This document shows, piece after piece, positions 8,250-16,151 of a stretch of 42,442 nucleotides of DNA (position 1 is its first letter; every line of letters begins with the position of its first letter). Under the pieces are notes generated by a model. The model did not search any database. It was not told the DNA's origin and saw nothing but the letters and a program-made list of their open reading frames with translations. The DNA comes from Acutalibacteraceae bacterium (lineage in GTDB: Bacteria; Bacillota; Clostridia; Oscillospirales; Acutalibacteraceae), in the NCBI GenBank assembly GCA_045615225.1, contig JAZLEK010000002.1:1-42442 (forward strand). Reading direction: 5' to 3'. A program made the translations under genes and the position numbers.

Positions 8250-9014
8250 ATGGTAAAAGTAGTACTACTTGCACACACTCCAAATCCCGAAGCCACCGTT
8301 GCTGCGGCGGCAAAACTTTGCTATTCGGCATCTACTATTGAGGGCATCAGAGAGGGGCTTACCCCCGAAAAAACTGCCTCTTTTGTTGAGATGCTCGCCG
8401 AAATCGGTCACGAAAGCCCGATTGAACACGTTTCCTTCACCTTTGGTGTAGAGGGAATTTCCCGCGCCTGTTCCCATCAGCTTGTGCGCCACAGAATAGC
8501 TTCCTATTCTCAAAAGAGCCAACGCTATGTTAACGAAGATTCTTTCGAATATGTAATTCCGCCCGAGGTTGAAAAAATTCCCGAAGCCAAGGAAGAATTT
8601 ATTCGTCAGATGAAGGCAATTGACGAAGGCTATAAACAACTTGCCGAACTTCTTACTGCAAAGCATACAGAAGCCTTTATGGCCGAAGGACTTGATGAAA
8701 AAACCGCAATCCAAAAGGCCAAGAAAAAGGCTATTGAGGATGCCCGTTTCCTCCTTCCCAACGCTTGCGAAACAAAAATTGTTGTTACAATGAACGCAAG
8801 AAGTCTTATGAACTTCTTCCGCCACCGCTGTTGCAACCGCGCCCAATGGGAAATTAAAGAGGTTGCAGACCAGATGTTAAAACTTGTGTTAGAGGTTGCG
8901 CCCAATCTCTTTAAAAATGCGGGTCCTTCCTGTGTTTCGGGCGGTTGTCCCGAAGGCAAAATGACCTGTGGGAAAATTAAAGATGTTCGCGAATTTTATA
9001 GCCGGAGCATTTAA
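8250..9014 (+). CDS. thyX: FAD-dependent thymidylate synthase
   Basis: 254 aa with the ThyX signature RHRxxSxxxxSQRY ([15 protein letters not shown]). AAGGAGAG RBS. Confidence 0.95.
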   Translation: MVKVVLLAHTPNPEATVAAAAKLCYSASTIEGIREGLTPEKTASFVEMLAEIGHESPIEHVSFTFGVEGISRACSHQLVRHRIASYSQKSQRYVNEDSFEYVIPPEVEKIPEAKEEFIRQMKAIDEGYKQLAELLTAKHTEAFMAEGLDEKTAIQKAKKKAIEDARFLLPNACETKIVVTMNARSLMNFFRHRCCNRAQWEIKEVADQMLKLVLEVAPNLFKNAGPSCVSGGCPEGKMTCGKIKDVREFYSRSI

Positions 9015-9022
9015 ACCCGAAC

Positions 9023-9043
9023 CCGCCTCAAAGGGCGGTTTTT
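9023..9043 (+). terminator. Putative thyX terminator
   Basis: CCGCC(T)-CAAA-(G)GGCGG followed by TTTTT. The stem is short but GC-rich. Confidence 0.55.
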
Positions 9044-9044
9044 A

Positions 9045-9262
9045 GGGTGCTTTTGGCTCATCGTCGCACATAGGCGACAGCCTTATATGTTCCTCTTCAC
9101 CAAAATCTCCACAAAAAATCGCACCTTTTAGGTCGTAGAATTTTGTGGCAAAAGGTTTTTTCAGTGGATAAGGAACAAAACGCAGCAAATACTTTCGTAT
9201 TTGTGAGTATTTTGACAAAATCCAGAGGAAAAAACTTGCCCCAAAATCGAGTTTAGGTTTAA
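9045..9262. other. Hairpin-rich non-coding intergenic segment of unknown nature (candidate repeat or ncRNA)
   Basis: No ORF in any frame. Three hairpins are visible: GGCT..GTCGC-ACATAG-GCGAC-AGCC (about 9055..9082); CCACAAAA-24 nt-TTTTGTGG (about 9109..9148) with an inner ACCT-TTT-AGGT; and CAAATAC-TTTC-GTATTTG (about 9187..9204). Confidence 0.3.
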
Positions 9263-9292
9263 ATGCTCTGGCTACAAGGATATGAAATAATT

Positions 9293-9955
9293 ATGGGAAA
9301 ACTAATTGTTATAGAGGGCCTTGACGGAAGCGGAAAATCAACCCAGCTCAGTCTTTTGCCCGAAGCCTTAAAGAAAAGTGGAATTGATTCAAAAAGCGTA
9401 TCTTTTCCTTGCTATGAAGATGACTCTTCCGCCCTTATAAAAATGTATCTTGCGGGTCAATTCGGCTCAAAGCCGGGGGATGTAAATGCATTTGCGGCTT
9501 CTTGCTTTTATGCTGTTGACCGTTTTGCCTCTTTTAAAAAGGATTGGGGCAAATATTATAATGACGGCGGTGTAATTGTATCGGGCAGATACACAACCTC
9601 AAACGCAGTTCATCAGTGTTCCAAGCTTCCAAAAGAAGAATGGAAAGACTTTTTAGATTGGCTTTATGATTTTGAATACACTAAGCTCTCAATACCAAAG
9701 CCCGATAAGGTTATTTTTCTTGATATGCCCACCGAAGTTTCTCAAAAGCTTCTCGACAACCGATATGAGAGCGACGGCGGACATAAGGATATTCACGAAC
9801 AGGATATTGAATACCTTAACCGTTGCAGAGAGGCGGCAGTATTCACCGCAGACTATTCGGGCTGGGTAAAAATTTCTTGCGCAAAGGACGGCGAGCCTCG
9901 CTCTATTGAGGATATTGCCGCCGATGTTTTGGCAGAAACTTTAAAGGTTTTATAA
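9293..9955 (+). CDS. tmk: Thymidylate (dTMP) kinase family protein
   Basis: P-loop IVIEGLDGSGKSTQ at the N-terminus. I take the start at ATG 9293 (MGKLIV), not the track start at 9263. It lies downstream of thyX. Confidence 0.72.
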   Translation: MGKLIVIEGLDGSGKSTQLSLLPEALKKSGIDSKSVSFPCYEDDSSALIKMYLAGQFGSKPGDVNAFAASCFYAVDRFASFKKDWGKYYNDGGVIVSGRYTTSNAVHQCSKLPKEEWKDFLDWLYDFEYTKLSIPKPDKVIFLDMPTEVSQKLLDNRYESDGGHKDIHEQDIEYLNRCREAAVFTADYSGWVKISCAKDGEPRSIEDIAADVLAETLKVL

Positions 9956-9966
9956 AGGAGTAAAAT

Positions 9967-10512
9967 ATGGTTTATGTATTTTTAGCCGATGGCTTTGAAG
10001 AGGCCGAAGCACTCGTTACCGTAGATATACTTCGCAGAGCAGGTAGAAAGGTTACCTGCGTGGGTGTAGATAAAAAAGAAATTGTCGGCGCCCACGGTAT
10101 AAAAATCACAGCAGATATCAAAACAGGTGAATTTGCTCCCGTAGAATTTGAGGGTGTCGTTTTACCGGGCGGTATGCCCGGCACCCGCAATCTTATGGCA
10201 AATGCAACTGTATGTAATGCCGCGAAAACCGCCTTTAAGAAAGGTAAGCTTGTTGCGGCTATTTGCGCCGCGCCTGCCGTGCTTGGCAACCTTGGAATTT
10301 TAAAGGGCAAAGCGGCAACCTGTTATCCTGGTTTTGAAGACCAGCTTCTTGGCGCGCGCTATGTAAACGCGCCCACGGTTACAGACTCGAATGTTATAAC
10401 CGCAAGGGGAGCCGGCGCGGTTTTTGATTTCGGCTTTGCCATTGTCGATTTTCTTGAGGGTAACAGAGATTTATCAAATGAACTCAGGGAGAGTATGCAA
10501 TGCGCCCGATAG
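9967..10512 (+). CDS. DJ-1/PfpI family protein
   Basis: 181 aa with nucleophile-elbow Cys (LVAAICAAPAVLG) and a class I glutamine amidotransferase-like fold. AAAGGAG RBS. Confidence 0.85.
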   Translation: MVYVFLADGFEEAEALVTVDILRRAGRKVTCVGVDKKEIVGAHGIKITADIKTGEFAPVEFEGVVLPGGMPGTRNLMANATVCNAAKTAFKKGKLVAAICAAPAVLGNLGILKGKAATCYPGFEDQLLGARYVNAPTVTDSNVITARGAGAVFDFGFAIVDFLEGNRDLSNELRESMQCAR

Positions 10513-11084
10513 ATATACGAGGCTATAAACAGGACCTTCGCGCGCGCTCTAAAGAGAGAAGACGAAATATGAAAAGCGAGGAAAAGCAACTGCTTGATAA
10601 GGCTGTTGCCGATAATGTGCGCCGTCTTAAAGAATACCGCCCCGCAAATACTATTCTTATATATATGTCAACGCCCATAGAGGTAGACACAATAGGAATA
10701 ATCAAAAACGCCTGGGCAGACGGGAAAAGGGTTGCGGTTCCGCGCTGTATTCCCGACACAAGAGATATGGAATTCCATTATATAGATAATCTTGAGAGCC
10801 TGTCGGTAGGTTCCTTTTCGGTGCTTGAACCCGACGAGTCGCTTCCCATAGTCACAGATTTTTCGGGTTGTCTTATGATAGTCCCCGGTATGCATTTTGA
10901 TATGAAGGGTTACCGCATCGGCTACGGAAAAGGCTATTATGACAGATATATGGTACGATTTACGGGAATTTCCGCTGGAATTTGCTATTCTGGCGAACTT
11001 AAACCCTTTTTATACCACGGCAGATATGACCGCCACGTAGATATTGTTGTAACCGATAAAAGAATAAAAACTTGCAACAAATAG
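10500..11084 (+). CDS. 5-formyltetrahydrofolate cyclo-ligase
   Basis: 194 aa with the conserved GYGKGYYDR motif. 13-nt overlap with the upstream gene. Confidence 0.85.
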   Translation: MRPIDIRGYKQDLRARSKERRRNMKSEEKQLLDKAVADNVRRLKEYRPANTILIYMSTPIEVDTIGIIKNAWADGKRVAVPRCIPDTRDMEFHYIDNLESLSVGSFSVLEPDESLPIVTDFSGCLMIVPGMHFDMKGYRIGYGKGYYDRYMVRFTGISAGICYSGELKPFLYHGRYDRHVDIVVTDKRIKTCNK

Positions 11085-11094
11085 GAAGAAGATT

Positions 11095-12207
11095 ATGAGT
11101 AAAAAGAATTTTAAATTTATAATTTTTGGGGCAATAGCCGTAATTTTGGTTGCTGTTATAATAGTAACTGTTGCGGTTGTTTCCGATTATAACGGAAGTT
11201 CCCGAAACGGAGATATTTGCAAGATAACAATACCGCAAGGCTCTTCTGTGTCGGCTATTGCAAATATTCTTGAGGAAAACGGGGCAATAGACAGCGCCCT
11301 TGCTTTCAGAATATATTCAAAGCTTGCAAGTACCGAATCAAAATACCGTTTCGGCAGCTATGAATTCAAAAACGATATTGGATTTGAAGAAATCACAAAG
11401 CTTCTTGCCACAAAGGGTCAAAAGGCAGAAACTAAAAAGGTAACAATACCCGAAGGCACAGGTATTTATGACTATACTAAAAATGTAAACAAAAAGAATG
11501 TCACTGTTCCGGGTATTGCAACGCTGCTTGAAAAGGCGGGGGTCTGTGATAAAGAATCTTTTTTTGAAGCTTTAAAAGAAGTGCCTTTGGACAGTAAACT
11601 ACTTAAAAATGCAAACAGCGAAAAGGCATATGTTGCACTTGAGGGCTATCTTTTCCCCGATACTTATGAATTTTATGTTGGTGAGGATTCCAAAAAATTT
11701 GCAAAGCTTGCTATTGAAAAAATGATTAAAAAAGCCGAAGAGGTTATAACCGACGATATGTATAAAAGAGCAACCGAGTTAGGCTACACCATGAACGAAA
11801 TACTTACAATGGCTTCAATAGTTCAAATGGAATCGGGTCAGAACAGTAGTGAGATGGCAAATGTTGCTGGTGTGTTTTATAATCGCCTTAAAAGCAGTCC
11901 CACTTCATCTCTTGGCTCTTCACCCACCATATATTACGGCGATGCTTTCAAAAACGATGACGGACGTTATCACACACAGGCAGACAATCAGTTTATGGCG
12001 ATAAGCGGCTTTCCCCCAGGACCTCTTTGTTCTCCGGGCGAAGCGGCAATAAAAGCAGCCCTTTATCCTACTGAAAATACACCTTATTTTTATTTTGTTA
12101 CCGATAAAAACGGTAAATTCTATTATCATAAAACATCGGCGGAACAAAGCATTACAATAAACCGTCTGCAGAGTGAAGGAAACTGGATATATGAATACTT
12201 CAATTAA
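11095..12207 (+). CDS. mltG: Endolytic murein transglycosylase MltG (YceG-like)
   Basis: 370 aa with an N-terminal TM helix, a YceG-like domain (LTMASIVQMES...GVFYNRL) and a C-terminal GPLCSPG motif. Confidence 0.9.
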   Translation: MSKKNFKFIIFGAIAVILVAVIIVTVAVVSDYNGSSRNGDICKITIPQGSSVSAIANILEENGAIDSALAFRIYSKLASTESKYRFGSYEFKNDIGFEEITKLLATKGQKAETKKVTIPEGTGIYDYTKNVNKKNVTVPGIATLLEKAGVCDKESFFEALKEVPLDSKLLKNANSEKAYVALEGYLFPDTYEFYVGEDSKKFAKLAIEKMIKKAEEVITDDMYKRATELGYTMNEILTMASIVQMESGQNSSEMANVAGVFYNRLKSSPTSSLGSSPTIYYGDAFKNDDGRYHTQADNQFMAISGFPPGPLCSPGEAAIKAALYPTENTPYFYFVTDKNGKFYYHKTSAEQSITINRLQSEGNWIYEYFN

Positions 12208-13429
12208 TAAAGATTTTTTACCCGAACTGCTTTGCCCGGCGGGAGATTTAACAAGACTTAAAACCGCGGTCGACTTCGGCGCCGATGCAGTCTATATTGC
12301 GGGCGAAGAATTCGGTATGCGCACGGCCGCGTCTAATTTTGGCGAAGAGGCTATGCGAGAAGGAATTAAATATGCTCACGAACGTGGTGTAAAGGTTCAC
12401 GTTGCCTGCAACACACTTCCTCATAACGACGAAATTTGTAGAATTCCCGCTTTTTTAGAGCTGGTACAAGATGCGGGCGCAGATGCCGTAATTGCGGCCG
12501 ACCTCGGCACTATCGGTATGGTTAAAAAATATGCTCCTAAGTGTGAGCTTCACGTGTCTGTACAGTCGGGCATTGTGAATTACGAAACCGCAAACGCCTT
12601 TTATAACCTCGGCGCAAACCGAATTGTTACGGCAAGAGAGTTATCCCTTGCCGAAATTGCAGAAATCAGAGCAAAAACACCAAAAGATTTAATGATAGAA
12701 TGTTTTGTTCACGGGGCAATGTGTGTATCGTTTTCTGCAAGATGTTTGCTGTCTTCTTATATGACGGGCAGAGATGCCAACAGAGGCGACTGCGCTCAGC
12801 CTTGCCGCTGGTCATATTCTTTAGTTGAAGAAAATCGTGAAGGACAGCATTTTGATATTACCGAAACCGATAAGGGCACCTATATCTTAAATGCAAACGA
12901 TATGTGTATGGCGGAGCATTTAAAAGAAATGCGCGATGCGGGTATTGGCAGCCTTAAAATTGAGGGCAGAGCAAAATCACAATACTATGTTGCAGTTACC
13001 GCTAATGCATATCGCGGCGCTCTCGATAGCCTTAAGGGCGCGGGGGATGATTGGAAGCTTCCGTCTTGGGTTAGTGAAGAGCTTAATAAAATAAGCCACC
13101 GCAATTATTCAACAGGTTTTTATTATGGAAGACCTGAAAATGCCCAAACCTATTCTAATGCGGGTTATGTAAGAGATTATGCCGTTGCCGCAACGGTCGA
13201 CGGATATGAAAACGGAATGATTATTGCCACTTTGAAAAATAAGTTCTGGCGAGGACAAACCCTCGATTGTTTAGAGCCTATGTCGGCACCCTTTGAGGTG
13301 TTAGCTGCCGAGCTTTTTGACGGAGAGGGAAATCCTATAGAATCTGCCCCCCATCCTATGATGACAATTAAAATTCCCTTTGACAGACCCGTTAAGGTCG
13401 GCTCAATGCTTCGAATGAAATGTGATTAA
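12191..13429 (+). CDS. Peptidase U32 family protein, probably an Fe-S RNA hydroxylase of the TrhP/YrrO type and not a protease
   Basis: ELLCPAGD N-terminus typical of U32. Exact Cx6Cx15Cx3C motif (CVSFSARCLLSSYMTGRDANRGDCAQPC, nt 12722..12805). The ATG at 12191 is preceded by GAAGGA. The mltG-U32-PBP order matches the Bacillus yrrL-yrrN/O-pbpI neighbourhood. Confidence 0.82.
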   Translation: MNTSINKDFLPELLCPAGDLTRLKTAVDFGADAVYIAGEEFGMRTAASNFGEEAMREGIKYAHERGVKVHVACNTLPHNDEICRIPAFLELVQDAGADAVIAADLGTIGMVKKYAPKCELHVSVQSGIVNYETANAFYNLGANRIVTARELSLAEIAEIRAKTPKDLMIECFVHGAMCVSFSARCLLSSYMTGRDANRGDCAQPCRWSYSLVEENREGQHFDITETDKGTYILNANDMCMAEHLKEMRDAGIGSLKIEGRAKSQYYVAVTANAYRGALDSLKGAGDDWKLPSWVSEELNKISHRNYSTGFYYGRPENAQTYSNAGYVRDYAVAATVDGYENGMIIATLKNKFWRGQTLDCLEPMSAPFEVLAAELFDGEGNPIESAPHPMMTIKIPFDRPVKVGSMLRMKCD

Positions 13430-13432
13430 TTA

Positions 13433-13472
13433 AAACCTCCTGTGTCAACAATAAACACAGGAGGTTTTTTTT
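13433..13472 (+). terminator. Intrinsic terminator whose 3' arm carries the Shine-Dalgarno of the next gene
   Basis: AAACCTCCTGTGT (13433..13445) pairs with ACACAGGAGGTTT (13455..13467), a 13-bp perfect stem, followed by a T-run that leads straight into ATG 13473. Confidence 0.6.
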
Positions 13473-15074
13473 ATGAGCATATCTTATAAAAGAATAGCCG
13501 TCTGTTATTTTCTTATAGTATCGCTTTTGTTTATATGCGCTTTCAGGGTGTTTGCGATTATGAGCCGAGAAGATTATAAACAGGCGGCCGAACAGGTAAG
13601 TCGTAGGGTAATTACCCTTGATAATAGCCGCGGTACAATTTTCGATACAAATATGAATAGGCTAACTAACACCAAGGAAATATATTACGCCGTTATTTTC
13701 GATGAGCCAAAGGCGATGGCGACCCTTTATAATTATATGTCGTCCGAAGAAATAAACTCGGTGGCACAGGAAATAAGACAAAATGGCTTTGCCTTAAGAC
13801 CTTTTGCGCGAGAAATCGTTTGCGACGGCATATACTCTGTAAAGGCGTATATGGACAAGGATGACAGTCTTCTTGCCAAGCATATAATAGGCTATACCGA
13901 TTCCTTAGGAGTGGGTGTTTGCGGACTTGAATCTTCCTTTGAAGAAATGCTTAAATGTGAAGATAAAAACCAAATATCCTTCAGCGTAAACGGACAGGGA
14001 AAGGTTATTACGGGCTATAATCCTGAGCTGAGTTATAATTACGAGGTTCAAAACAGTGGAATAAAAACTACAATTAATAAGGAAATTCAACAAATTACCG
14101 AACAACAGGCAATGAAAATAAATTGCGGCGCGGTGGTTGTTTGCGAAATATCAACGGGTAAAATCCGCGCCTTAGTAAGCCGCCCGGACTATAAGCTGAC
14201 CGACCTTGCATCAGCTCTTGAAAATCAAAACGAACCTCTTTTAAACAGGGCCCTTTGTACCTATAATATAGGTTCGGTTTTCAAGCCCTTAATTGCCGCG
14301 GCGGGATATGAAGAGGGGAAAAGCCTTACGATAGACTGCAAAGGCTATGTGAGTATTGACGGTCTTACCTTTGCCTGTCACAAGCTCGGCGGTCACGGCG
14401 AGGTTAATTTGAGCACAGCGCTGAAATTCTCCTGCAACTCTTTTTTCTATAATTTTATTCAGTCGCTAAGTATGGATTCAGTCTTCAGACTGTCTAAACT
14501 TGCGGGTATAAACAGCGAGATTTTCCTGTGTGATAACTTGTCGACAAAAGGCGGAAACCTTGGAAGTACAAATATTAATGCGCTCACAAAAAGGGAACTC
14601 GCCAATATTTCAATAGGACAAGGACAGCTTCTTACTTCTCCCGTAGCAATTACAAATTTATATATGGCAATAGCGTCGGGCGGAAGTTACAGAATGCCGT
14701 CACTTATAGAGGGCAGAGTAGAAGACGGAACAATAAAGGAGGAAGCTCTGCTACCTAAAAAAGTGAAGCTCTTTTCAGGCTCAACCGCAAATAAGCTGAA
14801 AGCCGATCTTCTTTCTGTTTTAGATGAAGACGGCACAGGCAAGGCGGCAAAGCCAAAAACCGTAGATGCGGCGGGGAAAACGGGCACAGCGCAAACAGGT
14901 GTGATAAAAGGGGGCAAAAAGGTCACAAATTCTTGGTTTTGCGGATTTTTCCCCTTTGATAATCCTAAATATGCCGTAACGGTATTGTCCGAAAACGCAA
15001 AGGGTGGCTGCGGCGATATATTTGCCGGAATAGCCGATGGTATCACTCAATATGAAATAAACCGACGGTATTGA
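13473..15074 (+). CDS. Class B penicillin-binding protein (peptidoglycan D,D-transpeptidase; PBP2/SpoVD/PbpI-like)
   Basis: 533 aa with an N-terminal TM anchor and the SxxK (GSVFKP), SxN (FSCNSFF) and KTGT (GKTGTAQ) motifs. Confidence 0.85.
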   Translation: MSISYKRIAVCYFLIVSLLFICAFRVFAIMSREDYKQAAEQVSRRVITLDNSRGTIFDTNMNRLTNTKEIYYAVIFDEPKAMATLYNYMSSEEINSVAQEIRQNGFALRPFAREIVCDGIYSVKAYMDKDDSLLAKHIIGYTDSLGVGVCGLESSFEEMLKCEDKNQISFSVNGQGKVITGYNPELSYNYEVQNSGIKTTINKEIQQITEQQAMKINCGAVVVCEISTGKIRALVSRPDYKLTDLASALENQNEPLLNRALCTYNIGSVFKPLIAAAGYEEGKSLTIDCKGYVSIDGLTFACHKLGGHGEVNLSTALKFSCNSFFYNFIQSLSMDSVFRLSKLAGINSEIFLCDNLSTKGGNLGSTNINALTKRELANISIGQGQLLTSPVAITNLYMAIASGGSYRMPSLIEGRVEDGTIKEEALLPKKVKLFSGSTANKLKADLLSVLDEDGTGKAAKPKTVDAAGKTGTAQTGVIKGGKKVTNSWFCGFFPFDNPKYAVTVLSENAKGGCGDIFAGIADGITQYEINRRY

Positions 15075-15092
15075 TTTACTGTCGGTTTTTTG
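15060..15092 (+). terminator. Intrinsic terminator overlapping the PBP stop codon
   Basis: AACCGACGGTA / TACTGTCGGTT stem with one G-U pair, then TTTTTT. Confidence 0.7.
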
Positions 15093-15119
15093 TTAAAATA
15101 CAAATGAGGTGGTATTAAT

Positions 15120-15614
15120 ATGCAAAAATTTGAAATAGAGCATAAATTTCTTATAAAGAAGCCTGATGAAGCTTTGCTAAAAGAATCAGTTGACATCCGT
15201 ATACTTGAAATTGCCCAAACATATACCACTGAGGGTTCGCGTATAAGAAGAGTAGAAGAAAAAGGACAAATTACATATATAAAAACGGTCAAAAAGCATA
15301 TTTCCGACCTTGTAAGACTTGAAACCGAAGAGGAAATAACACTACAAGAGTTTGAGGCGCTTTTAAAATTAAAGCAACCCGACACCATAACCCTTAACAA
15401 GACAAGATATATCTACCCCTATAAGAATAAAAACATTGAAATAGATATTTTCCCTTTTTGGCAAAACCAAGCCTTCTTAGAGGTTGAGCTTGAAAGTGAA
15501 CGTGATACCTTTGAACTGCCTGATTTTGTTGAGGTGATAAGGGAAGTAACAAGCGATAAAGCTTACAGGAACTATTCGTTATCGAAAAAATTTCCAAAAG
15601 AAGAAAATTATTGA
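15120..15614 (+). CDS. CYTH domain protein (triphosphate tunnel metalloenzyme)
   Basis: 164 aa. The N-terminal ExExK signature (FEIEHKFLI) is diagnostic of CYTH. GAGGTGG RBS. Confidence 0.8.
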   Translation: MQKFEIEHKFLIKKPDEALLKESVDIRILEIAQTYTTEGSRIRRVEEKGQITYIKTVKKHISDLVRLETEEEITLQEFEALLKLKQPDTITLNKTRYIYPYKNKNIEIDIFPFWQNQAFLEVELESERDTFELPDFVEVIREVTSDKAYRNYSLSKKFPKEENY

Positions 15615-15662
15615 AACCTTTTGAGTATTTAAATTGTGTTATTAGTGAAAGAGGGTGAAGCG

Positions 15663-16151
15663 ATGCAACAAAAATTCCCCAACGGTATGACCATAGATAC
15701 TGTTTTCGACAAATACAGTAATACCGTTTACCGCTTGGCGTATGCCAGGGTCGGCAACAAATATGACGCAGAAGATATATTGCAAACGGTTTTCTTAAAG
15801 CTCTGCAGAGCGAATATATCTTTTAATGACGGTGAGCACCTTAAAGCCTGGCTTTTAAGGGTTACGGTAAACAACTCCAATAATTTGCTCAAATCTGCCT
15901 ATTGGCGCCTTACCGATGCGCTCGACAGTAATATTACTGTGCCCACCCACGAGGTAAGCGAGGTTTACCTTGAGGTTGCAAAGCTTCCTCTAAAATACCG
16001 TACGGTAGTTCATTTGCATTATTATGAAGGCTATTCCTGTGCCGAAATTGCCGAAATTACGGCCACAAACGAGGCAACCGTAAAAACCCGACTTAAAAGA
16101 GCAAGGGAAAAGCTTCAAAATGTTCTGAAAGGAGAAGAAATCAATGTTTAA
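15663..16151 (+). CDS. ECF-type RNA polymerase sigma-70 family factor
   Basis: Region 2 (YRLAYARVGNKYDAEDILQTVFLKL) and a region 4 HTH (YEGYSCAEIAEITATNEATVKTRLKRAREKL). I take the start at ATG 15663 (GAGGG RBS), not the track GTG at 15636. Confidence 0.85.
   Translation: MQQKFPNGMTIDTVFDKYSNTVYRLAYARVGNKYDAEDILQTVFLKLCRANISFNDGEHLKAWLLRVTVNNSNNLLKSAYWRLTDALDSNITVPTHEVSEVYLEVAKLPLKYRTVVHLHYYEGYSCAEIAEITATNEATVKTRLKRAREKLQNVLKGEEINV

Noticed and set aside
9045-9262. 6S RNA, or a pseudogene remnant, in the thyX-tmk spacer
   Set aside because: The segment ends do not pair into the long closing helix expected for 6S RNA. No frame gives a protein-like translation. It is kept only as an unexplained structured segment.
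15615-15662. ECF-type autoregulatory promoter (GAAAC ... TGTGTT) upstream of the sigma gene
   Set aside because: The match to the generic AAC / CGT-type ECF promoter pattern is weak and the -10 is unconvincing. It cannot be supported without the group-specific consensus.
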